64,000 nucleotides of DNA. Origin: Ostreococcus lucimarinus. Lineage: Eukaryota. Of this stretch, positions 48,001 to 56,614 are shown in pieces. The stretch lies in the NCBI GenBank assembly GCA_000092065.1, contig CP000584.1. One strand, 5' to 3'. Below the pieces are notes generated by a model. It was not told where the DNA came from. It searched no databases and saw only the letters and a program-made list of their open reading frames with translations. The position numbers and the translations under genes are program-made. Numbering within the stretch: position 1 is the stretch's first letter; each line of letters starts with the position of its first letter.

Positions 48001-48566
48001 AACGCCCGCGCGTGATTCAACTTCTCCACCGTCTCCCGCGTCCACTCCGCCTCCATGAGCGCCTTCACGCTCGACGGAAAGTAAAACCCCCCAAACCACA
48101 TCGAGCTCCCGTCTCGCATCGTCAGCGCCACCCCGCTCTCGCCCCATCCCTCGCTCCTCACCTCGATCCGCTCGATCTCTTTATACGCAATCTTCAGCGA
48201 TATCGGTTTCCCGCTCGATCGCCGCTTCGAGGGCGAGAACAACAGCCCGTCCCGCCTCGTCGCGTCGCTCGTCTCGCAATAAAAGCACGCGTGCCCGCTC
48301 GTGACGTACAAATCCCCCGTCCCGCTCGCGATCGGTCCGCCCAGATGCGCCCGGTACGTCTCCACCACCGTCTCGCTCGCGTTCAGCGAGAACAGCGCCC
48401 AGACGCCGCCCTTCGCGCGCGACGCGCGCCCGTCGTCCTTTCGTTTCTTGTGGCGCTGCGCCCAGCCCCGCATCTTCGCCTGGCACGCGATGACGCATCG
48501 TTTCTGGTGGTCCGTCAGCGATTCGTAGCGTTCCTCGACCGCGAGCAGGTCGCGCGCGGACACCAT
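45036..48566 (-). CDS. GRAM-domain protein with a roughly 1000-residue coiled-coil rod containing internal repeats.
   Basis: The in-frame Met (MVSARDLL) lies about 69 nt below the track start at 48635, which is TTG. The GRAM-like block is LYVTSGHACFYCETSDATRRDGLLFSPSK...ISLKIAYKEIERIEVRSEGWGESGVALTMRDGSSMWFGGFYFPSSVKAL. A long heptad-rich region carries recurring units such as ATLRSKYDDAMNEIAELRA, AKLQVKYEEVKNALKTARE and ATLKAKYDEAKNQIATLRA. Confidence 0.7.
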   Translation of the reverse strand: MVSARDLLAVEERYESLTDHQKRCVIACQAKMRGWAQRHKKRKDDGRASRAKGGVWALFSLNASETVVETYRAHLGGPIASGTGDLYVTSGHACFYCETSDATRRDGLLFSPSKRRSSGKPISLKIAYKEIERIEVRSEGWGESGVALTMRDGSSMWFGGFYFPSSVKALMEAEWTRETVEKLNHARALRTELIMARGRKRQEAMSASQEKFNALNDELRAEREKTKRAEARERDQIVEIEVLRENEERMERQKKKLVCQVRDYEEECESLRSKASAAMAARRAAEKKFADMEASFDKKIDDLLEEKNTTINELSEEVSKFKEMWQEDKAQMKAENEKARRSASELRDQRDALVSEKSKLVIELGQLESQLTKFSEVSAKESRRVCELEAELEGFRSKREDSSANLEKLQNKYEEAMKHIAALEASNEARSTRTATDAEMSVKITEIESLKAHVEALRGRLNKKVEDSATLRSKYDDAMNEIAELRAAVQEERTMAKPSSDSNISNDAAEMMRVKSDLETQAAEVKALQAQVDALRANLNDKTVSSAKLQVKYEEVKNALKTAREDKENHIETASHEVHRRETELKSALENKVTKIEALEAEIAALRTTRESSGAHVATLKAKYDEAKNQIATLRAEKEDVTKTKSAELNHRESLLRRELDAKSAKCDELQSEVDNLRTQREAAAVATATLQSKFEEAFSKLSEAKLQRDEDRANFARERKELESAVVDAKETSAAALQAVQSERESMRDAKEKSNMSLVALKAKLEDSNKQLAASKVALENAAAAREEALEKMHDAQRCEEATKVQLITSEKALVQRETEAKSFQMEITAFTAAAKSAEEREREARAELQDLRRQNEALVKEHGTLEGRSKALEEKADQLVQVEKEMSALKAELTATALQQEKWKQDVEYAKAEIERSRSKEEANNEKYLDMLKNMSEAEREAASARAAESVARDYASRSNETAKETQARELRMRDELATTRVAYETLSTEFRAKTEEFSREVSRLEKSVSDEHAKMQVLSNKLDEAREKISNLELLNIQATNKIASYKDTLHRQREETKKIWEDLQHTQADLDEKTRLLEREQTETRDMHMQKALEKQRSTAALLNRPAGGFGAVRQPLADANRGGSPLSGSVRALPSIRPIEEMLPSLARDLSGGNAIKAIAASPTPATSSPR

Positions 48567-48706
48567 CGTCGTCGTGTGCGCGCGTTCGCCGTTCGTCGTC
48601 GCGCGCGTCGCGCCGTGACGCGTCGCGAATCGCAATCGTCAACCGTGCACGCATTCGTCGCCGCGGTGTCGGTTTGGATCGTTCCCCTCGTCGCGCGTGC
48701 CTACTT

Positions 48707-48776
48707 CCGGGTGTTTTCGCGCGCGCACACCCGGGTGTTTTCGCGCGCGCACACCCGGGTGTTTCGCGCGCGCGCC
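48707..48776. repeat. 24-bp tandem repeat, 2.9 copies, of unit ccgggtgttttcgcgcgcgcacac in the divergent promoter between the GRAM/coiled-coil gene and the DEAD-box helicase.
   Basis: Copies lie at 48707-48730, 48731-48754 and 48755-48776; the third lacks one T. Each unit contains the CCCGGG palindrome. The repeat sits within a 278-bp head-to-head intergenic spacer. Confidence 0.7.
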
Positions 48777-48913
48777 GCCCGATCCGCCGTCGCGCGTCCC
48801 GCGTCGCGACTCGACGGCGCGCCGACGACGCGCGCGCTCGATCGCTCGACCGCTCGACCGCCGGACGACCGCCGCGCGAGGACGAGGACGCGCGACGGCG
48901 CGCGCGCGCGACG

Positions 48914-50875
48914 ATGGATGCGCCGCGGCGACCGTCCGGCGGCGGCGACGACGACGACGCGACGACGGCGCGCGCGACGACGACGACGGGCGCGAGCGAC
49001 GGAAGCGAAAAGTACGTCTCCGCGGCGACGCGGGCGCGACTGCGCGCGCGCGGGATCGACGCGTTGAACGCGATGCAGCTCGCGGTGTGCGAGGCGGCGG
49101 TCGGACGACGCGCGGACGCGACGTGTCGAGCGCCGACGGGGAGCGGGAAGACGCTGGCGTACGTGCTGCCGATCGCGAAGATGTTGGAGAGGGCGGCGCG
49201 CGACGGATCGGGGGGAGGCGGAGGCGGAGGCGCGGTGCGGGCGATGGTGGTGACGCCGACGCGGGAGCTGGCGAGTCAGGTGCGGACGCAGTGCGAGCGG
49301 TACTGCGGGGAGGGGTCGAGCGCGCTGTGCGTGGGAGGGACGAGCGCGAAGGCGCAGGAGGACGCGATTCGTAAGGGTGGGGCGAAGATTGTCGTCGGGA
49401 CGCCGGGGAGGATGAAGGAATTCATCGATCGGGGGGTGATCGAACCGCGCGCGGTGGAGATTCAGGTGTTGGACGAAATCGACCGCCTCCTCGACGGAGG
49501 GTTTGAGGGCGAGATCGACGCGGTGATGCGACCGCCCGGGACGTGTCAGACGCTTTGTTTTTCGGCGACGATCTCTGCGGCGTTGTCGAGATTTTTAGAT
49601 CGTAAACTCGTGCCCGGGTACGCGGAGGTGGTCGTCGCCGGACGAGGCGGCTCAAACGTGGGCGGGATGGTGGAGCACTTGGCGTACGCCACGAAGTCGG
49701 GAGACGACGCCGTCGGATCGGCGGTCGTGGACGCGTTAGAGCACTACGCGGGTGAGCACGTGGATGGGAGAGTCGGTGGTCAGGCGATCGTGTTCACGGA
49801 GACAAAGTCCACCGCGGAACGCGTCAGGGCGATGCTGACGAATATGTTGACGACGGTGCGTGCCTTTGAATTTTTCTCTTCTTTTTCGATCGAGTCGGTC
49901 GTCGATGACGAACAAACTATTAAGGGATTTATGAGATTGGAATCCGTTCCATGTTCGTACCAATAGACTACAATTCTCCGAGACGCCGACCTTCGAGACG
50001 CAGACGCAGACGAGCGCGTTTGTTCAATTTTTTCTCGTCCGAGTTCCAGAGGATTGCATGAATAATTCTTATCTACATTCCCTGAGATACCGGTGATTAC
50101 ACCTTTCAAGATGATGGAACTGCTTTGCGTTAGTTTTTTGACGCGCGCGCTCGCTCGCGTTCGATGGCGATGAAGATACACCTTATTTCACATGTTAGAC
50201 TGTCGAGATCGAGGGGTGAGGATCCTTCGATCGATGTGCACAACAATTCCGCCGAGCCATCGAATGCGGGCGAGGCAACCGATCTGACCCTCGTGCGCTC
50301 GCGATGACTGATTACCTTTTCCTTCTCGCGCGTAGGAATTCGACACTGGCAAACGAACTCGGCGAGTGGCGTCTTTACACGGCGACTTGCCGCAACCGGC
50401 GCGCGACGCGACGCTCGCGAACCTTCGCTCTGGCGAAGTCGACGTGCTCGTCGCTACAGACGTCGCCGCGCGTGGTCTCGATTTACCCGGAGTCGAGCTC
50501 GTCGTGCACGCAGACATGCCCAAATCTGCAGACACTTACTCGCACCGCGCCGGACGCGCCGGGCGTCCAGGGTGCGCCGTGCCCGGCGTTTCGTTGCTCA
50601 TCTCCCGACCCGAGCTCGCGTCTGAAATCACGCGCCTCGAGCGCGAAGCCAAGGTTTCGATTCGTCGTCTAGTGTTCATTGGCGAACGCGAACGCGTCGT
50701 CGTCACGGGTGACTTGGGCGCGAGCGTTTCCACGCTTGAGCCTGAAAGTCGCGAAAGCGCGCCCGCGAGACGGGACGACAGTCTCATCGCCGACCATTTC
50801 GCTCGCTTTGCGGATGACATTCAAAACATCGCGACGTCGAAGAAGAAAGGGAAATCGAAATCGCGCGGCAAATGA
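48914..50875 (+). CDS. DEAD-box ATP-dependent RNA helicase, two exons: join(48914..49855, 50336..50875).
   Basis: ATG at 48914; the track ORF starts upstream at a TTG. Helicase motifs Q and I are NAMQLAVCEAAV and APTGSGKT. Motifs Ia, II and III are VVTPTRELASQ, a DEID variant of DEAD, and SAT. A 480-nt intron runs 49856-50335 with a GTGCGT donor, a pyrimidine tract and a TAG acceptor, phase 0. Exon 2 carries LHGDLPQPARDATLANLRSGEVDVLVATDVAARGLD and HRAGRAGR. The product is about 494 aa. Confidence 0.75.
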
Positions 50876-50931
50876 TTTTTTAGTGCAGTCGTATAGTACT
50901 GTGTATTGCAAATAGCGATAGGTAGTCGTGA

Positions 50932-51882
50932 TCAACCGTTCAAACCGCGCAACTGCGCCGCATCCGGCGCGTCGTTCAATAATTCGCGAAGGTGTCGACG
51001 ATTGCGTCGGCGCTCGCGTTCGTTAACCTTGGACGTGACATCTTTCAGTCGCATCCAGATTCGTTGCGCGCGCGCGCAATTTTCAATGTACGCGCCTTCC
51101 GGCGCGTGCTCGGCGAGTTCTTCGATGAAACTCATCACGCCTTGCAGATCCTCCATCACCGGGTCCTCGGGTTCTAGCAGTTTTAAAATTTTCTCATACG
51201 TCCTCGCGTCTTCGTCGACGACGTTTCGCCCGTTCCCGCGATTCTCATTCTCAATCTGTTTATTCACCTCTTTAATCAGACGCTTCATGTCCCCGCCTTG
51301 CGGCATCGGCGCGTCGTGATCGAGCGCGTACGTCAAACATCCGATGTATCCCTTCTTCGCGCTCTCCGTGACCACCCGCGTATCCCAGGGACAACCGTTT
51401 TCTCTCGCCCAAATTAAAACGTGCAAATGGCCGTTGAAGCACGCGCTCCAGCACGTCGACGCGTCCCACGCCACGCCTCGCTCCCGCATCCACCTCAACT
51501 GATCCAACGCGCCCTTCCGAGCGCACGCCGCCGTCGTCAACGCGCCGCCGTCGCGTCCCAGCGCGCCCGCGCGCGCCGCGTACCTCGCGCAATCCCAGTG
51601 TTCGCCCTCGATCGCCTCCGTCGCCGTCTTCTCGTCCCACGCGCACGCGTGCGTCTCGACGAGCATCGTCAGCATCGCGAGGTTCCCGCGCCGCGCGCAC
51701 GCCGCCGCCGTCCACGCGTCCGGCGCGTGCGCCGCGCCGTCGTCGTTCAAAAGTTGCTCGACGCGATGCCAATCCGCGGCGCGCGCGGCGACGTTGAGCG
51801 CGCTGTCGTGGTCGCTCGCCGGCGCGGGCGCGTCCGGAGACGCGTCGCGCGCGTCTCGCGCGCGGGCGTCGGCGGCGGACAT
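50932..51882 (-). CDS. Degenerate ankyrin-like repeat protein, paralogous to the family at 38434-39432.
   Basis: ATG at 51882 (cat at 51880-51882); the track start at 51954 is TTG. Repeats include ARKGALDQLRWMRERGVAWDASTC and ACFNGHLHVLIWARENGCPWDTRVVTESA. The C-terminal part is not repetitive. Confidence 0.55.
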   Translation of the reverse strand: MSAADARARDARDASPDAPAPASDHDSALNVAARAADWHRVEQLLNDDGAAHAPDAWTAAACARRGNLAMLTMLVETHACAWDEKTATEAIEGEHWDCARYAARAGALGRDGGALTTAACARKGALDQLRWMRERGVAWDASTCWSACFNGHLHVLIWARENGCPWDTRVVTESAKKGYIGCLTYALDHDAPMPQGGDMKRLIKEVNKQIENENRGNGRNVVDEDARTYEKILKLLEPEDPVMEDLQGVMSFIEELAEHAPEGAYIENCARAQRIWMRLKDVTSKVNERERRRNRRHLRELLNDAPDAAQLRGLNG

Positions 51883-52268
51883 CGCGCGCGCGAGTGCGGG
51901 GCGCGAGGGCGCGGCGCGACGCGTCTCCGGAACTGTTCGCCGGAACTGTAACAATGAATCCGAACGGCGATGACGTTCGGACGAGAGAAAATGTCGCGTC
52001 GTCGCGTCGCCCGACGCGGGCTTCCGCTTCCCGCGTACTTTGAATCGTTCTCTCGCGCGCGGACGCGCGCGGACGCGGACGCGGACGGACGCGGCGAAGG
52101 ATGGACGAGGGACGCGACGGCGTCGGCGCGCGCGGCGCGCGGGTGCCCAGTTGGGTGCCGCGATTGGAGCGTCGGCGGCGGATCGCGCGCGCGCGGATGG
52201 ATGATGCTACAGCGATGGCTACGCGCGCGAGGACTAAGAGCGATCGGGGTGATGATGGAGACGACGTC

Positions 52269-54119
52269 TCACGCGTCCGTCGGGGACGTCGGCGCGCGCG
52301 CGCGGCGTTTGAGTTTGTAATCGACGTACGCGTTCTTCTTCTCCGAGTATCCGGGGATGTAAAAGACGCGCGTGAGCGTGGGACTTCGAGATGGATCGAT
52401 GAACTTTTCCACGGCGACGTCGATCCATTCGCCCGGGACGAAATCTTTTGAGGCGCTGTGCGCGTTGCCGCGCTCGAATTCGGCTTCGACGAGGAAACGA
52501 CACGACGAAGGGTCGACGTATTGGTTTGGGTGCGCCCGGTTGTCGTCGTTCAAGCCCTCGGGGGTGTGCGCGGTGCCACCCTTGGAAAAATCGAACGGCA
52601 TCGGGAGCGCGCCGTCGAAACCAGCCTTGAGGAAACGAAGGCGATACTTGTTCGATGGGAAGTGATAGGAGCTAGGAAATCTGTACCACTCGTCCCCGAC
52701 GCACACGTCGACGGTGGCGTCGTCGCCGCCCGCGGCGAATTCCTCGGCGAGCCACGCCGGCCAGGCGTTCCCGTTCGCGCGCGATGACGGCATCGGCAGC
52801 GCGTGATACATCTTCGCCGGCGCGCCGTAATATTGCAGCAAAGCCGCGGTGCGCGACAGCGAAAGCACCATGACGGTGAGGACGCAGCCGCAGACGCCGA
52901 CGACGACGCCGAGTTTAACGACGCGCGATTTCCCGAACGCGTGCGCGTTGAGACCCAACGCACTTTCGGCGAGCGCACCGACCGTAATCGCCGCGCTCAA
53001 GCACAGGCACGGATAAATCATGTACAAAAACCGTTCCTCCTTGTGCGGAATCCAAGTGAAGAAGGCGGTGACGATTGGAAACGGCGAGCACACGGCAATC
53101 ATGGCGCGCCAATTGTTCCTGTACGCGCGAATCTCCGCGAGCGCCGTCTTCGCGTCGCACTTTTTTGTTTTCAACAGCTTCCGCATGCGCAAAGCCTTAA
53201 CGGCCACGGCCAAAGCGACGGCGAACGGGGCGAAGATGGCGAGCGCGGCGGCGAGTTGAAAATTCAACGCCAGATTCTTCGCGTAAAACGTCGCGCTCTC
53301 CGTGCCGTACAAATCGCTCTTCCCACTCGCGACGTTATACTTTAGCAAATTGTACACCGAACTGACGATTTTCCAACCTCCCGACCGTGATATGTCGTTA
53401 TACATGTACGTATCGCACGCCACCGAAATCGCCGCCGAAATCGCCGTCGCCGCGACCACGCACCCGAAAACCGCCCAGAACCCGATCGCGTGCACCGCGC
53501 ACAACCCGAACGGCACCACCGCGATCCCGCTGAACGGCCACCCGAACACGACCGCCACGACGCACGCCACGCACGCCCGCCTGTGCTCGCCTCGCAGCGT
53601 CGCCGCGCACGCCGCCGTCACGCACGTCATCGCGAACGAGCTCGGCAGCATCGCCGTCGACGCGATCGCCATCCCCGAGCTCGTCGCCAGTATCATCATC
53701 AACACCGACCCCACCAGCGCCTTCCGCGCGCGCACCGCGCTGACGAGCGCCGCCTCCGCGCACGCGCTCGCCAGTCCCAGCGTCCCGCGGCCGCACGCGA
53801 ACGCCGCGCGTCCCGCGTCCTCGCCGAGCGCCCATCGCGCCGCCCGCACCGGGGCGTAGTGCAGGAATAAATACGCGTACGACCGCAGCGCGTACGCGCT
53901 CCCGTGCTCCCACGTCTGCAGGCCGTGGCCGTGCGTGAGCGCGTGCAGCGGTTCCCAGTAGTTGAACGCCTCGTCGCAATCGAACGTCGTCGCGTTGACG
54001 ATCGCGCCGAGCGCGCGGAAGGCGACGATGACGCACAGCGCGGTCGCGAACGCGTCGCGCTCGCGCGGCGCGCGCATCGCGCGCGCGTGTGACGCGGCGT
54101 CGCGGTCGCCGTCGTGCAT
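52269..54119 (-). CDS. ALG9: ALG9 alpha-1,2-mannosyltransferase (GT22, dolichyl-P-Man dependent).
   Basis: ATG at 54119 (cat at 54117-54119); the upstream track ORF is non-genic. DEAFNYWEPLHALTHGHGLQTWEHGSAYALRSYAYLFLH matches human ALG9 DETFNYWEPTHYLIYGEGFQTWEYSPAYAIRSYAYLLLH. Further matching blocks are PHKEERFLYMIYPCLCL, VCVGDEWYRFPSSYHFP and the C-terminal FYIPGY..YVDYKLK. Length is about 617 aa, against 611 aa for human ALG9. Confidence 0.85.
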   Translation of the reverse strand: MHDGDRDAASHARAMRAPRERDAFATALCVIVAFRALGAIVNATTFDCDEAFNYWEPLHALTHGHGLQTWEHGSAYALRSYAYLFLHYAPVRAARWALGEDAGRAAFACGRGTLGLASACAEAALVSAVRARKALVGSVLMMILATSSGMAIASTAMLPSSFAMTCVTAACAATLRGEHRRACVACVVAVVFGWPFSGIAVVPFGLCAVHAIGFWAVFGCVVAATAISAAISVACDTYMYNDISRSGGWKIVSSVYNLLKYNVASGKSDLYGTESATFYAKNLALNFQLAAALAIFAPFAVALAVAVKALRMRKLLKTKKCDAKTALAEIRAYRNNWRAMIAVCSPFPIVTAFFTWIPHKEERFLYMIYPCLCLSAAITVGALAESALGLNAHAFGKSRVVKLGVVVGVCGCVLTVMVLSLSRTAALLQYYGAPAKMYHALPMPSSRANGNAWPAWLAEEFAAGGDDATVDVCVGDEWYRFPSSYHFPSNKYRLRFLKAGFDGALPMPFDFSKGGTAHTPEGLNDDNRAHPNQYVDPSSCRFLVEAEFERGNAHSASKDFVPGEWIDVAVEKFIDPSRSPTLTRVFYIPGYSEKKNAYVDYKLKRRARAPTSPTDA

Positions 54120-54266
54120 TCGTATATGTGTATTCAGTGAGGCGATATATATAGTACAGTACGTGTTGCATCCCGTATTTAACCGCGCGCGTTCGATAGA
54201 GGTCGCGCGCGCGCGCGCGCGACGCCACACCGTCGCGCGCGAGCGTCGACGAGACGCGCTGGCGCC

Positions 54267-55366
54267 ATGAGCGCGTCGTTCGAAGAGTCCGTCATCGCCC
54301 TCAAGAGCATGTTCCCCGATCTCAGCGAAGTCGTCGTTCGCGCGACGCTCGAAGCGCGAGACGGACACATGGAGAGCGCGGTGGAGAAGCTGTTGGCGAT
54401 GAGCCGTCGCGGAAGCGGGAACGGCTCGAGCGCGCACGGAGGCGGGCGAAACGGTGGACAAGAATACGGCGGTGCGAGATTCGGCGCGCCGGGGGCGGTC
54501 GGGATGTCGCCGAGCGCGACGGGGGGGAGAAACGGGTGCGTAGTGGTGACCTCGCGATATCGCGATTCGATGGTGGAAAGACGCGCGTGCGGCGCGCGCG
54601 AGCGTGGGTTTGACCGCGAGGGGACGCGAAACGGTGGTGAAGATTACGTGCGATCGAACGGTGCGGTCGCTGAGGGCGCGGAAGGGCGTTGGTGGGATGA
54701 ACATGGACGATCTATCGAGTTTGGGCGATCGCGCTGGCGGGCGGCGACGCGGCGGGGCGAGGTCGAGTGGCGAACGCTCGAGCGATGCGGCGATGATGAC
54801 TGACGACGGCGATGTTGCGATGATACAGACAAGGATTCGGTAACGGTGGTGGAGGGATGGGGAGTAATGACTTTTATTCCAACGTGCCGCCGCCGAGGGA
54901 GGATGAGGACTCGCTGTGGGGCTGGCTCACGGGCGACGACGATTACCTGAATTCTCGCGGACGAACGGGGCAACAGGATGAGACGTGGAATTGGATCGCG
55001 AACCAGATGTCGTATTTGGCGCTCGAAGTTTCGACGCAAATCAAAGGCGTGACGGACGCCATCGCGGAGGAGATTTTGGGTCCGCCCGAGGAAGAGTTAG
55101 GGGAGGAAGTCGAGGACATTACGGAGGAAGAACGAGAGCGCGCGGACGTCGTTTCCGGTGGCATGGCGATACAAGCGAACCGACGTACGACGCAGCCGAA
55201 GAGTGAGCCGAAACCAAAACCGAAAAAGCCGATGCGATCTTCGCAGGAGGAATACGACGACGACGAAGACGACGCGCTGGGGGGTATTTTGAACTTGCTC
55301 GGATTAGAGGACGACTTGGACGACGACGAGCAGTACGTTCGTCGCGATTCGAAGAAGGATAAGTGA
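54267..55366 (+). CDS. CUE-domain (ubiquitin-binding) protein with an acidic C-terminal half, two exons: join(54267..54535, 54829..55366).
   Basis: ATG at 54267. The CUE motif is VIALKSMFPDLSEVVVRATLEARDGHMESAVEKLLAM. The proposed 293-nt intron runs 54536-54828 with a GTGCGT donor, a CTGAC branch at about 54799 and a CAG acceptor. Both junctions are phase 2 and join the frame of ORF 54267 to that of ORF 54857. Exon 2 is Asp/Glu-rich, containing MGSNDFYSNVPPPREDEDSLWGW... Confidence 0.5.
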
Positions 55367-55456
55367 GCGAGATTTCAATTGTTTTTAGCCAGCGATTTGT
55401 TATTTCATATTCAGCACTCTCCTCACACAGAAAGGGGACGCCGAACCTAAGAAACT

Positions 55457-56491
55457 CTACGCGTCGAGCGCCAAGTCCCGAACGTCCGCGCACGCGCCCT
55501 CAATGGCGGATTGAAACGACGAAGTGCTATCCATGCTCGATCGCGGCGCGCGCGCCGTGATCGATTTCGAAGATATCGTCGACTGCGGGTCCAGATTCGA
55601 ATCGATCGTGGATTTTTCAAATCGAATCTTCACCGCCGCCGCCTCGCGCGCTCGCCGCCGCCGTCGCTTCTTCTGCAACTGCCTCAAACGTTCCTTCGCC
55701 TCCTCCGCCTCCTTCGCTTCGACGAGCTTGTGGAGCTCGTCGAAGTACTCTTTATCGGTCTTTTTCCGCGGCGTGGCGTCGACATCGACGGAATCGTTCC
55801 ATTGCGGCTTCCCCGCGCGCCGAGGCGGTTCCATCGAGACGCCGCCGGAAATCGCCGCCGCGCGCGCCGCGCGTCTCTCACGACTCCTCTTCGCGAGCAC
55901 CGCCGTGCGTCGCGCGTGACGCTTTCGCGCGCGCATCACAGAAACATCCACCGGCGTCTTCTCCCGCCCGACCGACGCGATCGGGACTTCCCCATCGCGA
56001 TCCTTCTCCGCGTCGACTTCGTTGACTCGCGTTGACCGCGCCGCGCCCGCCGCCTCCGCGCGCCTCACCTCCACCGCCCGCACCCCCACCGCGGGTCGCG
56101 GTCGCACCGCGCACGCGATCCCTCGCGTTTTCCCAACCACCCGCGCCGCTCGCTCGCGCTCCATCAGCGCCCTCTTCACCGCTCGAAGCTCGCGTTCTCG
56201 TCGTTCGCACGCCTCGCACGCCGCCTCCGCCTGCGCGCTCGCGCTCCGCGTCTCCACCACCGCCTCCTCCGTCCCGACGTTCGCCGCCCGCGCCTCCGCC
56301 GCGCGTTCGATCGATCGTCGTCGCGCCTCCGCCGCGTCCGCGCGCGCCATCTCTCGCACGGCGTCCATGAACGCGTCCATCGTCGCGCGCGCGCTCGGGA
56401 CGCGAACAGTCGCGTCGAGTCGCGTCGCGCCGTCGCGCGCCTCGAACCACGCGCGCGCGCCCTCGTCGACGCGCGACGTCGACGCGCGCAT
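55457..56491 (-). CDS. Hypothetical coiled-coil/Lys-Arg-rich protein. Coding status is uncertain.
   Basis: ATG ([11 protein letters not shown]) lies within the 486-aa minus-strand track ORF. The C-terminal 120 aa looks protein-like: [34 protein letters not shown]...[13 protein letters not shown]. The plus-strand alternatives here are Arg/Ala/Ser low-complexity ORFs. High GC makes the frame choice unreliable. Confidence 0.3.
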   Translation of the reverse strand: MRASTSRVDEGARAWFEARDGATRLDATVRVPSARATMDAFMDAVREMARADAAEARRRSIERAAEARAANVGTEEAVVETRSASAQAEAACEACERRERELRAVKRALMERERAARVVGKTRGIACAVRPRPAVGVRAVEVRRAEAAGAARSTRVNEVDAEKDRDGEVPIASVGREKTPVDVSVMRARKRHARRTAVLAKRSRERRAARAAAISGGVSMEPPRRAGKPQWNDSVDVDATPRKKTDKEYFDELHKLVEAKEAEEAKERLRQLQKKRRRRRAREAAAVKIRFEKSTIDSNLDPQSTISSKSITARAPRSSMDSTSSFQSAIEGACADVRDLALDA

Positions 56492-56614
56492 CGTTCGCTC
56501 GCGTTCGCGGGCGCGTCGCGCGCGCCCGCGCGTCGCGTCGCGCTGTGCGGCGCCGCGCGCGCGATTGTTGACCGCGGCGACCGACCGCGACGCATCGACA
56601 CGACGCGACGCGCG

